Source of the DNA: Candidatus Omnitrophota bacterium
GTDB taxonomy: Bacteria; Omnitrophota; Gorgyraeia; Zapsychrales; Zapsychraceae
Assembly (NCBI GenBank): GCA_016214285.1
Contig: JACROV010000079.1
Span: 6,855 to 70,854, forward strand
DNA length: 64,000 nucleotides
Direction: 5' to 3'
Shown here one piece after another: positions 49,420 to 59,058 of this stretch (position 1 is the first letter of the stretch; the number at the start of each line of letters is the position of its first letter). Made by a program: the position numbers and the translations under genes. The notes under the pieces were generated by a model, which saw only the letters and a list, made by a program, of their open reading frames with translations, had not been told where the DNA came from and searched no databases.

Positions 49420-50607
49420 ATGAAGAATCGGACCGTGGCCATTAGTGACCTTTGTCAACAAATTCGAGGAGTCTCCTATAAAGGAGGGGAAGCAATCGAT
49501 ACTCCCCGAGATGGTTATTTGCCAATTTTAAGAGCGAATAATATTTGCGATGGAGAAATCTCTTATGATGATTTAGTGTTCGTGCCTCAAAAGTATGTTA
49601 GCAAGACGCAGGTTTTACAGAAGAACGATGTTGTTATCGCGGCATCGAGCGGAAGTCTCGAAATTGTCGGTAAAGCTGCTCAAATTAAAGGTGAATTCAA
49701 AGGAAGTTTTGGGGCTTTCTGTAAAGTTTTAAGGCCCAATTCAGATGTTGACTCTGCGTATTTCTCCTATTTTTTCAAAACGCCGTTTTATAGACATACA
49801 ATTTCACATCTTGCGGCAGGGGCAAATATTAATAATCTTAGGAATGAACATCTTGATAATTTGAAGATTCCTTTACCTTCTTTTGAAATTCAAAGAAAGA
49901 ATGTGGCATTTTTGTCGAAGGCTGAATCCGCTCTCGAAAAACGCCGCCAGACCCTGCGCCTGGCCGACGAATTCCTCAAATCCGTGTTTTTGGAGATGTT
50001 CGGGGAGCCGGGAGCCAATTTAAAGGATTTTAAAACCAGTCCCATTAGAGATTTGGTTAAAAAAGTTATTAACGAGGACCCCCCGCGATACCCGGCCAAG
50101 AGTTATTCTTACGTGGATATTTCATCTATAGATAATCAATTAAAGAAGATAACTGAAACTAAGCAGATTCTAGGGGAGGATGCGCCTGGCAGGGCAAGAC
50201 AACTTTTACAAGCACAAGATATTCTGGTTTCAACAGTGCGCCCGAATCTAAATGCTGTTGGCGTTTTACCAGATGGGTTAAGCAACCCTATAGGATCAAC
50301 GGGGTTCTGCGTATTGCGGGCCAATAGGGAGCTTGTCCTGCCAGAGTATTTATTTGAAATTTGTAAGACGTCTTTTTTTATTAAATCTTTAGTCAATGTT
50401 GCAAAAGGAGCCAGTTATCCGGCTGTCAGCGATAATGATATTTTAAGACTATCAATACCAGTGCCGTCTTTGCCTGAACAGCAAAAATTCGCCGAGCTTG
50501 TCCAGAAAGTCGAGAAACTCAAAGAAAAACAAAAACAATCCGAAACCCAACTCCAAAACCTCTTTAACTCCCTCATGCAAAGGGCGTTTAGGGGGGACAT
50601 ATTATGA
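49420..50607 (+). CDS. hsdS: Type I restriction-modification specificity subunit
   Basis: Two target-recognition domains separated and followed by conserved coiled-coil repeats (TLRLADEFLKSVFLEMFG; LPEQQKFAELVQKVEKLKEKQ). Confidence 0.85.
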   Translation: MKNRTVAISDLCQQIRGVSYKGGEAIDTPRDGYLPILRANNICDGEISYDDLVFVPQKYVSKTQVLQKNDVVIAASSGSLEIVGKAAQIKGEFKGSFGAFCKVLRPNSDVDSAYFSYFFKTPFYRHTISHLAAGANINNLRNEHLDNLKIPLPSFEIQRKNVAFLSKAESALEKRRQTLRLADEFLKSVFLEMFGEPGANLKDFKTSPIRDLVKKVINEDPPRYPAKSYSYVDISSIDNQLKKITETKQILGEDAPGRARQLLQAQDILVSTVRPNLNAVGVLPDGLSNPIGSTGFCVLRANRELVLPEYLFEICKTSFFIKSLVNVAKGASYPAVSDNDILRLSIPVPSLPEQQKFAELVQKVEKLKEKQKQSETQLQNLFNSLMQRAFRGDIL

Positions 50608-51614
50608 AAAAAGTGTTTGTATTGGGGGCTGGTACAAGTCGTGATTTTGGGTTCCCATCGGGCATTGAGTTGATGAAGGAAATACATTCGTCCTGGGAGC
50701 ATCCCGATGAGATTGCTATTAATAATTATGTAAATATTATGGAGAAGTTAAAAAAAGAATTTCGATCTCATCCGAATCGAATCGCTGTGGAGAAAATCAA
50801 GAAATTATCGTATAGGTTTTATTTATCGGGTGCCGATTCTGACTTTTTAAGTCAATGCAAAGATGAGGTTGACCTTCAATTTGGAAGACTGACCATTTTG
50901 AATGCAATTCTTAAAAAGGAACAAAAGACGAAACAGTTTGGCGATGGTACACTTTTCAAGTGGGAAGAGAACTGGTTGAGGGTTTTGTTTGGAGAGGAGT
51001 TTCGTTTCGAAAATGTTGAACAATTAAAAAAGAAGTTAGAAACAGAGCAATTTTATTTTGTGATATTCAATTACGATCGCTGTGTGGAACATTTTTTATA
51101 TACGGCCATTCAAAATTATTACGATTTAAAAGGTGAAGACACAAAAGACATTATTAATAAAATGCGCTTTTATCATGTGTATGGACAGCTGGCTCCTTTG
51201 GAGTGGCAGCCAGAAGGCAATCCTATTAGATTCGGGGATGCTTTTGAAGGTGTATTCGATGACTTGTATCGTTTCGTTCCCAATATTAAGATTGTCAATG
51301 AAGACAGAGGTGACGTCGAGGACATCAGACATAAAATTGGCGCGCAAATCAGAGATGCCGGGAAAGTATATATTTTGGGGTTTGGTTTTCAGGATCCAAA
51401 TTGGAAGCTGCTCGGGATTGATGAATATAAAAAACATCGTGCCAATGGATTGCCTTGGTCAGCCGGCAAGTTTCACTACACGAATTTTGGTTTAAGCAAA
51501 CGACGTAGGGAACATATTCGGGGAAAACTATTTGGTCTCATATCCAATGGCACCGATTCGGCGAGATCATACGATTCGACGGTTTATGAATTCATGCATC
51601 ACGATTATACGTGA
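50604..51614 (+). CDS. SIR2-like (SIR2_2 family) protein, candidate NAD+-depleting defence effector or sensor
   Basis: N-terminal VLGAGTSRDFGFPSGIEL (GAGxS...GxP), catalytic-region FNYDRCVEH (T/NYD motif), FYHVYGQL (lHG-like). Overlaps the hsdS stop by 4 nt. Confidence 0.65.
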   Translation: MKKVFVLGAGTSRDFGFPSGIELMKEIHSSWEHPDEIAINNYVNIMEKLKKEFRSHPNRIAVEKIKKLSYRFYLSGADSDFLSQCKDEVDLQFGRLTILNAILKKEQKTKQFGDGTLFKWEENWLRVLFGEEFRFENVEQLKKKLETEQFYFVIFNYDRCVEHFLYTAIQNYYDLKGEDTKDIINKMRFYHVYGQLAPLEWQPEGNPIRFGDAFEGVFDDLYRFVPNIKIVNEDRGDVEDIRHKIGAQIRDAGKVYILGFGFQDPNWKLLGIDEYKKHRANGLPWSAGKFHYTNFGLSKRRREHIRGKLFGLISNGTDSARSYDSTVYEFMHHDYT

Positions 51615-51662
51615 TATTCAGGTCAGACCTCATACAAAGGGCGTTTAGGGGAGAAATATAAG

Positions 51663-52430
51663 ATGACTCTTCTGATTAGCCGAATCATTTTAACGCTGGT
51701 AATAGTCTATGTTACATATTTAATATGGACTTCGAATGTCGATCTGGTTTTGTGGTCTAAGAATGCGATTCGCGGGTGGTTGCCAATCAATAAGGAATTC
51801 CCAGAGAGTGTAAAAACAGAGCAAAGCCCCGAGATGATTAAAACATTAAGGGATAATGCAATGTGGTCTGTGGAAGGGTTTCAACAAGGGGATCGAAGGA
51901 GTTACCTAACATTGTTATCATGGGCAAGTAACCCAAAGGATACTGTAACAAAGAATTTGATTATATCTGCAATAGAAGAAATTAAAGACGTTTACGGGCA
52001 AACTGATGTTATGAGACAGCATATTGAACCAGTCCGCAACCCCCATCGTTGGTGGATTTGTAAAGAAAGCATCCCTTCTTGCCATGATGGATTTGAAGAA
52101 CCAACAGGTTACAAAGCACAAAATATAATTAACCACCTTGCAAGAAAGTTGTGGCAAGAACGCGGAAGGGCCGCCAGTATTTTAAGAAATATCAAGACGG
52201 CTTCGGATAAAGATCGGATTAATGAGGATGCCACTATTAAAGAACAACTTTTCGATAAGCTTATAGAGCGTCTGAATCTCGAGAAGGAAAATAGCCTGTT
52301 TGTTGCTAAAATGGCGTTTGAGACATATAAAGATTTGACCGGATTTTCGTCGGACGGCGTTTTTGATTTCGCGGGCGCGATCAAAGACTGGGAAACGCGA
52401 AAAGAGAAAATTTTAAGAATGAATTTTTGA
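51663..52430 (+). CDS. Hypothetical protein with a single N-terminal TM helix (255 aa)
   Basis: TM helix at residues ~4-22, then a ~230-aa soluble domain with no recognised motif. About 48 nt after the SIR2 gene. Confidence 0.55.
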   Translation: MTLLISRIILTLVIVYVTYLIWTSNVDLVLWSKNAIRGWLPINKEFPESVKTEQSPEMIKTLRDNAMWSVEGFQQGDRRSYLTLLSWASNPKDTVTKNLIISAIEEIKDVYGQTDVMRQHIEPVRNPHRWWICKESIPSCHDGFEEPTGYKAQNIINHLARKLWQERGRAASILRNIKTASDKDRINEDATIKEQLFDKLIERLNLEKENSLFVAKMAFETYKDLTGFSSDGVFDFAGAIKDWETRKEKILRMNF

Positions 52431-52897
52431 AAATATTTATTATGGAAGATAAATCTGGGAAAATCATCATCACGCGCAGGATGTGGCAGCTTTTGGCCGC
52501 CGCGGGGGTTGTCCTGTTGACCATTTTGGTCACGTATTATCCCTTGAACCCGCGTTACGGGCTGTGGGTGGGCGGGCAAATCTTCTTTATAGTTTTTGCC
52601 CTGGCCTATTTGCGAGAAGAAAGGAGGGCGACGCGATCGCCGGATTCCAACGCGGTCATCAACTGGAATCTGATCGAAGCGGGTTTGCTTTTAGCGAGCA
52701 TCTTAGGATATTCTGTTCTGGCTTATGTCTGTCACTTTAGCAGGGAAGTTTTTTATGCCTATTTTTATACCGGCGCGTTGGGATTGCTGGGCGGAGTGGC
52801 GCTGGGCGAATGGTTGTGGCAGAATACCAGGTTAAAGGAACTTGATGAGACTTGCCGCCAACGGTATTGGGCAAATTATAAGGATTCAATTCTTTGA
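52427..52897 (+). CDS. Small integral membrane protein (4 predicted TM helices, 156 aa)
   Basis: Four hydrophobic segments. The start overlaps the stop of the upstream gene (ATGA). Confidence 0.55.
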   Translation: MKIFIMEDKSGKIIITRRMWQLLAAAGVVLLTILVTYYPLNPRYGLWVGGQIFFIVFALAYLREERRATRSPDSNAVINWNLIEAGLLLASILGYSVLAYVCHFSREVFYAYFYTGALGLLGGVALGEWLWQNTRLKELDETCRQRYWANYKDSIL

Positions 52898-52970
52898 TCG
52901 TCCACGATAGTGTTCCATTATTGCAATTGTATCGACGTATGATACAATGAGAAACATTTAAGAGGAGTTT

Positions 52971-52990
52971 CCGGTTATCCGGATAACCGG
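52971..52990. promoter_or_regulatory. Perfect 20-bp palindrome ccggttatccggataaccgg upstream of prfB
   Basis: About 50 nt upstream of the prfB ATG. Related to the GGTTATCCGG repeats at 39940-40045 and to the family C 3' ends. Confidence 0.5.
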
Positions 52991-53041
52991 TTACCCGGAT
53001 CTCCGGAGCGGGTGGGAAAACAGTCACTATGTCCGACGATA

Positions 53042-54124
53042 TTACCAGAAGAATTGACGCGATAGATGCGCAGCTCAAGCATCTGAGGGGGTTTCTTTGA
53101 CCTGCCGCAGAAGGAGGAGTCCATCCGTTCCATCCAGGAGCGGATGTCGGAGGCGAATTTTTGGGACAATCCCGGCCAGGCCAACAAGATCATGCGCGAG
53201 TTGAAGTACCTGAAAAGCTGCGTTGAACCCTTCGATCAGAGCACCAAACGGCTGGAAGATATCCGTGAATTAACCGTTCTTTCCAAGGATGACCCGGAAT
53301 TTTTGAATCATGTGCAGGAAGAATTGGCCCAGCTAGAATCCGAGGTCAACAAGCTTGAACTTCAGAGTATCCTTTCGGGACAGTTCGACGCCAATAACGC
53401 GATCCTGAGCATCAACGCGGGCGCGGGCGGGACCGAATCCTGTGACTGGGCGAATATGCTGCTGCGCATGTACACCCGCTGGGCGGAAGACAACAACTGC
53501 AAGGTCAAAGTGCTGGATATCCTCGCCGGTGAAGGGGCAGGGATCAAAAACGCGACGTTGAGCATCGAAGGCGAGATGGTCTATGGTTATTTAAAGGGTG
53601 AAAAAGGCGTGCACCGTCTGGTGCGTATTTCGCCTTTTGATGCCAACAAAAGACGGCATACCTCGTTCGCTTCCGTGGATGTCATTCCTGAGATCGAAGA
53701 AGACATTGACATCGAAATAAACCCGGGCGACCTGCGCATTGATATCTTTCGTTCCTCCGGACCCGGCGGGCAAAGTGTCAACACGACCGACTCCGCGGTG
53801 CGCATGACGCATTTACCGACGGGAATTGTCGTCCAATGCCAGAATGAACGCTCGCAGTTGCAAAACCGGCAAGTGGCCATGAAAATTTTGCGGGCCAGAT
53901 TGTATGAATTAAAGCGCCGCGAGCAGGACGAGCGCATGGCCCAGGAATACGGCGAGAAACAAAAGATCGAATGGGGCAGCCAGATCCGTTCCTACGTCAT
54001 GCATCCCTACACGATGGTCAAAGACCACCGCACCGACGTGGAAACCGGGAACGTCACCAAAGTGATGGATGGGGATTTGAGGATTTTTATAGAGGCGTAT
54101 TTGAAGGTGAAACCGGAGAAATAG
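53042..54124 (+). CDS. prfB: Peptide chain release factor 2, with a programmed +1 ribosomal frameshift at CUU UGA C (53108-53114)
   Basis: ORF0 MSDDITRRIDAIDAQLKHLRGFL stops at TGA 53111-53113. It is preceded by the SD-like AGGGGG and continues in the +1 frame from 53112 (DLPQKEESIRSIQERMSEANFWDNPG...). GGQ and SPF motifs lie downstream. Confidence 0.9.
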
Positions 54125-54225
54125 TGGTAATAGTGGTAAAGTGATAAAGTGGTAAATGGTAAAAAAATAATTGGCTGAATTTTTTCCGTACTTTTTACCA
54201 CACTACCACTTTTACCACTTTACCG
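54123..54225. repeat. TGGTAAA-repeat long inverted-repeat hairpin between prfB and secA
   Basis: agtggtaatagtggtaaagtgataaagtggtaaatggtaaaaaaa ... ttttaccacactaccacttttaccactttaccgc. Confidence 0.6.
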
Positions 54226-54237
54226 CTGAGCAATGTT

Positions 54238-57200
54238 ATGTTTGATTTCTTAATCCGCAAACAAGTTATCCCCAGCGCCCAGCGGTTTATCGACCGTCTG
54301 GAGCCGAAGGTCGCGGTCCACGTGCCCATCGACCTGCCTTTGCCCTCCCTTAAAGTTCTCAAAACATTTTCCGCCACAGTTGCCAAAATAAACGCGCTGG
54401 AGAATCAGATGGCCGCGCTCACTTCCGAACAGTTGCGCGCCAAAACGGATGAATTCCGCGGCCGGTATCAGCAGATGATCACAAAGGAAAAAGAGGATCT
54501 GCGGCGGCTTGAAGATCTTTACTGGAAAGCTGTCACACCTGAAGAGAAAAATGATCTGCAGAATCAGGTCGACGCCGCCCGCAAGGGATTCCGTACCGCC
54601 AGAAAGAAAGTCCTGGATGGTATTTTGCCGGAAGCCTTCGCCGTGGCGCGCGAGACCGGCAAGCGCGTCTTGAACATGCGGCATTTTGACGTTCAGCTCA
54701 TCGGGGGGATGGTCCTCAACGAAGGCAATATCGCGGAAATGGCGACCGGTGAAGGGAAAACTCTGGTGGCAACGCTCCCCGCGTATTTGAACGCCTTGAC
54801 CGGCGACGGCGTCCACGTGGTGACGGTCAATGATTATCTGGCCGGCCGCGACCGCGCCTGGATGGGGCCGATCTACGAATTTTTGGGACTGACCGTCGGG
54901 GTCATTGAGCATGATATGGACCCCGCCAGCCGCCAGCAGGCCTACGGCTGTGATATCACTTACGGTACCAACAACGAATTCGGGTTCGATTATTTGCGCG
55001 ACAACATGGTCATCAGCCGCCAGGCCATGGTCCAGCGCGGGCATTATTTCGCTATCGTTGACGAGGTCGACAGCATCCTCATCGATGAGGCGCGCACGCC
55101 GCTTATCATCTCCGGCCCCGCGGAGGAATCCACGGACAAATATTACCGCGCCCATGAGATCAGCCGCCAGCTCCAGGGCAAACGCATCGCGGATGAAAGC
55201 CAGGAAAAGCTCAACGCGAAATACCGCGGCGAGGAAGAGGACCTGACCAAAGGGGTCGATTATGTGGCCGACGAGAAAACAAAAGCGGTCTCTCTTTCCG
55301 AAGCCGGTGAGGAAAAAGTGGCCAAACTTTTCGGCATCGCGAATATCCATGATATGGAAACCATCGAATACCGCCACCATATCCTGCAAGCGTTAAAGGC
55401 CAAAGAATTCTTTGCCAAGGACGTCGAATACGTCGTGCGCGACGGTGAGGTCCTCATCGTCGATGAATTTACCGGACGATTGATGCCCGGACGCCGCTGG
55501 TCCGACGGGCTGCACCAGGCCGTTGAGGCCAAGGAAGGCATCAAAATCGAGCGCGAGAACCAGACGCTGGCGACGATCACCTTCCAGAATTATTTTCGCA
55601 TGTATGAGAAACTCTCCGGCATGACCGGTACCGCGTACACCGAGGCCAACGAGTTCAAGCAGATCTATAGCCTCGATGTGGTGGCCATGCCCGCCAACCG
55701 TAAATTGCAGCGCGTCAATCACGCCGATTGCATCTATAAAACGATCAAGGAAAAGTTCAATGCCGTTGTCACCGAGATCGAAGAATTCCATAGGCGCGGC
55801 CAGCCGGTTCTGGTGGGTACCATCTCCATCGAGAAATCCGAAATGCTTTCGAAAATGCTCAAGCAAAAGGGGATCGCCCATCAGGTCTTGAACGCCAAAT
55901 ATCATGAGCGTGAAGCGCACATCATCGCGCAGGCCGGGCGGTACCAGGCCGTGACGATTGCCACCAATATGGCCGGACGCGGAACGGACATCATGCTCGG
56001 CGGCAATGCCGAACATCTGGCGAAAAGTCTGGCGGAAGAAAAGCTTGAAGATAAAGATGATCACGCGCAAAGGGACGAATTGACGCGCAAATTCATCGAG
56101 CAATTCCGTCAGCAGGTCAAGGACGAACATGAAAAGGTGGTGGCGACAGGAGGACTGCACGTCCTGGGCACCGAACGCCATGAGTCGCGCCGCATCGACA
56201 ACCAGCTGCGCGGCCGCCAGGGCCGCCAGGGCGATCCGGGTTCCTCACGATTTTATGTTTCCCTTGAAGATGATCTGATGCGGCTTTTTGCTTCAGACAA
56301 GATCATGGGGATCATGGATAAATTGGGCATGGAGGAAGGCCAGGTGCTCGAGCATCCGTGGCTGACCATGGCCATCGAGAACGCGCAAAAAAGGGTGGAG
56401 GCGCACAACTTCGAGATCCGCAAGCACCTGCTGGAATTCGACGATGTCATGAACCGTCAGCGCGAAGCGATCTACTCGATCCGCCGTTACGTCCTGGAAA
56501 GCAATGACGTCAAGCACCTGATGCTCGAATCCATCGAACAGATGGCCGCCGGTGTCGTCGCCGGCTATGTGGTCGCCGGAGAAGATGCCGGCTTCGACGC
56601 GGAAGGGTTGGATATTTATCTTAAAACGAAATTCCATTATGACCTGGGCGAACAAAAGAGCGCTCTGGCCGGGATGCCCCAGGAACAGATCCGGGGGTCG
56701 ATCTCCGAGGGTTTGCTGGCGTTGTATGAAACAAAAGAGAAAGACATCGGCGCGGAACAATTGCGCCAGATGGAACGGATGCTGTTGTTGCAGACCATCG
56801 ATACCAAATGGAAGGACCATCTCTACGCGATGGACCAGTTAAAGGAAGGCATCGGACTGCGTTCTTTCGCCCAGCGCGACCCGATCATTGAATATAAGCG
56901 CGAAGGCTTCGAGATGTTCCAGACGATGTATGATTCCATCCATCAGGAAGTCACGGAGATGATCTTCAGGATCCAGAAGGTCGATCCATCGGCGCGGATG
57001 AGAAGTGTTTTTGGTTCCGTCCCTCAAAAATTAGTCCACGATGAGGTTTCCAGCCTGTCTGCCGGGCAGGTCCTGTCAAAGGCGAAGCCTTATACGGGAC
57101 AGGCAGGTCTCCCGGGACAACGGCCGCCTGTTCCCTTCTCGATGCCGACGGGTCAGAATATTCCGGGAGAAAGACCTCCGCGGCCCCCGGCCCCGGCGCC

Positions 57201-57294
57201 CATCCATAAAACCGGGCCGAAGGTCGGGCGCAACGACCCGTGCCCTTGCGGCAGCGGCAAGAAATACAAAAAATGCTGCGGGCAGTCCGTCTAA
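54238..57294 (+). CDS. secA: Preprotein translocase ATPase SecA
   Basis: DEAD-like motor domains, preprotein cross-linking domain and C-terminal zinc finger [14 protein letters not shown]. The N-terminus is about 30 aa longer than usual; an internal start (e.g. GTG near 54320) is possible. Confidence 0.9.
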   Translation: MFDFLIRKQVIPSAQRFIDRLEPKVAVHVPIDLPLPSLKVLKTFSATVAKINALENQMAALTSEQLRAKTDEFRGRYQQMITKEKEDLRRLEDLYWKAVTPEEKNDLQNQVDAARKGFRTARKKVLDGILPEAFAVARETGKRVLNMRHFDVQLIGGMVLNEGNIAEMATGEGKTLVATLPAYLNALTGDGVHVVTVNDYLAGRDRAWMGPIYEFLGLTVGVIEHDMDPASRQQAYGCDITYGTNNEFGFDYLRDNMVISRQAMVQRGHYFAIVDEVDSILIDEARTPLIISGPAEESTDKYYRAHEISRQLQGKRIADESQEKLNAKYRGEEEDLTKGVDYVADEKTKAVSLSEAGEEKVAKLFGIANIHDMETIEYRHHILQALKAKEFFAKDVEYVVRDGEVLIVDEFTGRLMPGRRWSDGLHQAVEAKEGIKIERENQTLATITFQNYFRMYEKLSGMTGTAYTEANEFKQIYSLDVVAMPANRKLQRVNHADCIYKTIKEKFNAVVTEIEEFHRRGQPVLVGTISIEKSEMLSKMLKQKGIAHQVLNAKYHEREAHIIAQAGRYQAVTIATNMAGRGTDIMLGGNAEHLAKSLAEEKLEDKDDHAQRDELTRKFIEQFRQQVKDEHEKVVATGGLHVLGTERHESRRIDNQLRGRQGRQGDPGSSRFYVSLEDDLMRLFASDKIMGIMDKLGMEEGQVLEHPWLTMAIENAQKRVEAHNFEIRKHLLEFDDVMNRQREAIYSIRRYVLESNDVKHLMLESIEQMAAGVVAGYVVAGEDAGFDAEGLDIYLKTKFHYDLGEQKSALAGMPQEQIRGSISEGLLALYETKEKDIGAEQLRQMERMLLLQTIDTKWKDHLYAMDQLKEGIGLRSFAQRDPIIEYKREGFEMFQTMYDSIHQEVTEMIFRIQKVDPSARMRSVFGSVPQKLVHDEVSSLSAGQVLSKAKPYTGQAGLPGQRPPVPFSMPTGQNIPGERPPRPPAPAPIHKTGPKVGRNDPCPCGSGKKYKKCCGQSV

Positions 57295-57392
57295 ATTTTT
57301 CGAAGTATAAAAATTTTTCTTGACATATTTATTATTTTATGTAAATTAAATATAAAAGCTAATTTTATATCAATTCATAAATAGTACTAAAA

Positions 57393-58628
57393 ATGAATTC
57401 CCAGCAAATCAATCGTAAATTCGCCAATCCGTTCCGTCCAGGCGCAGGCCATATGCCGCCACATTTAGCTGGACGCGAAAAGGAAAAAGAAGAGTTTTTA
57501 AGGCTTATCGCACAAAGTACAATACTTGAAAATATGGTACTTACCGGATTGCGAGGTGTCGGTAAAACGGTACTACTTGATGAATTTAAACCAATGGCCA
57601 TTAACCAAGGTTGGTTTTGGGTTGGGACCGATCTTTCAGAGTCAGCCAGTATTAGTGAAGCTAATCTTGCTACACGGGTTCTGGCTGATTTGTCCGTTCT
57701 GACATCAAATATTATTATAGGCAAGAAACAGATTCCTCAGATGGGTTTTTCAAATCTTTCTACAGAGGTTGATACCAGAATGGGGTTCGATTTTTTATCC
57801 GCCCTATTTAACAGTACTCCGGGATTGATATCGGATAAATTAAAAAATGTTTTAGAAACAGTATGGAGTGTTTTAAAACAGACAAGCACAAAAGGATTAA
57901 TTTTCGCTTATGATGAGGCCCAAAATTTATCCGACCAACCCGCGAAAGATCAATATCCTCTTGGGATATTGCTGGATGTTTTTCAGTCTATACAAAAAAA
58001 GGATATCCCGTTTTTACTGGTTTTAACAGGTTTGCCAACATTATTTCCTAAGCTTGTGGAGTCCAGAACTTTTACGGAACGGATGTTTAGAGTGGTAGTC
58101 CTGAAACGTTTAAATGAAAAAGACAGCAAGGATGCTATATTAAAACCTGTCCAGAGCGCCCAATGTCCGATTAAATTGAGTGATGAATCTGTCAATTTAA
58201 TTGTGAAGCATTCGGGGGGGTATCCTTATTTTATACAGTTTATCTGCCGGGAAACATATGATGTTTTTCTCTCCAAAATTGCTTCGGGTGAGACACCCAC
58301 AGTTCCTGTTAATGAGATCACCCGAAAATTAGATACGGATTTTTTTGCTGGAAGGTGGGCGCGCGTAACTGATCGACAAAAAGAACTTCTATTCATTATT
58401 GCAAAACTTCCCAATAGCGAGGAGGAATTCTCTGTTCAGGATGTAGCTGAGAAGTCCAAAGAGATGATGGAACATCCATTTAGTCCAAGCCATGTTAACC
58501 AAATGCTTAGTTCCCTGAGCGACAATGGTTTAGTATATAAAAATCGTCATGGTAAATACTCATTAGCTGTTCCTCTTCTTAGTCAGTTTATATTACGGCA
58601 ACATGAACAGTCAGGAAGCGTAATATAG
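57393..58628 (+). CDS. AAA ATPase (PF01637/Arch_ATPase-like), AT-rich and probably horizontally acquired
   Basis: Conserved N-terminus NPFRPGAGHMPPHLAGREKE..., P-loop LTGLRGVGKTVLL, Walker B FAYDEAQ. The gene is roughly 40% GC against a ~55% genome. Confidence 0.65.
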   Translation: MNSQQINRKFANPFRPGAGHMPPHLAGREKEKEEFLRLIAQSTILENMVLTGLRGVGKTVLLDEFKPMAINQGWFWVGTDLSESASISEANLATRVLADLSVLTSNIIIGKKQIPQMGFSNLSTEVDTRMGFDFLSALFNSTPGLISDKLKNVLETVWSVLKQTSTKGLIFAYDEAQNLSDQPAKDQYPLGILLDVFQSIQKKDIPFLLVLTGLPTLFPKLVESRTFTERMFRVVVLKRLNEKDSKDAILKPVQSAQCPIKLSDESVNLIVKHSGGYPYFIQFICRETYDVFLSKIASGETPTVPVNEITRKLDTDFFAGRWARVTDRQKELLFIIAKLPNSEEEFSVQDVAEKSKEMMEHPFSPSHVNQMLSSLSDNGLVYKNRHGKYSLAVPLLSQFILRQHEQSGSVI

Positions 58629-58686
58629 TTTTTGAATGATTCCATACCCGTTGTTACGAATTTTAAAAGACAGCCGAGGTTTTTGA

Positions 58687-59013
58687 ATGGTTAGAAAATT
58701 CTCTGAAATAAAACGGATTCTGCGCGATTATAAAGCCGAACTCCGGGCGCATGGGATCCGCGTCAGGAAAATGGTCCTGTACGGTTCTTGCGCCAGAGGC
58801 AATCCCAGGTCTTATAGCGATATTGACGTGGTTGTTATTTCGCCGGATCTCGCCAAATTTTCCGCATTAAAACGTCAGGAATTCCTGGCGAAACATACCA
58901 TCCCGGTGGACGCGCCCCTTGAGGTCATCGGCTATACGCCCGCGGAACTCAATAAAGCAAAAGACAGCATATTCGGTCAAATTATCCGCGAGACGGGGAT
59001 TGTTTTCAATTAG
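58687..59013 (+). CDS. Minimal nucleotidyltransferase (MNT antitoxin-like), with no HEPN partner in the window
   Basis: LYGSCARGNPRSYSDIDVVVIS NTase motif. 108 aa. Confidence 0.7.
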   Translation: MVRKFSEIKRILRDYKAELRAHGIRVRKMVLYGSCARGNPRSYSDIDVVVISPDLAKFSALKRQEFLAKHTIPVDAPLEVIGYTPAELNKAKDSIFGQIIRETGIVFN

Positions 59014-59058
59014 TAGTACGCTCAATCCTTCAATGTGTTGCATCCTTAACCTCTGAAT

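Noticed and set aside
54250-56820. Several long reverse-strand ORFs (379, 262 and 175 aa) inside secA.
   Set aside because: Antisense to secA, with low-complexity Arg/Gly/Asp-rich composition.
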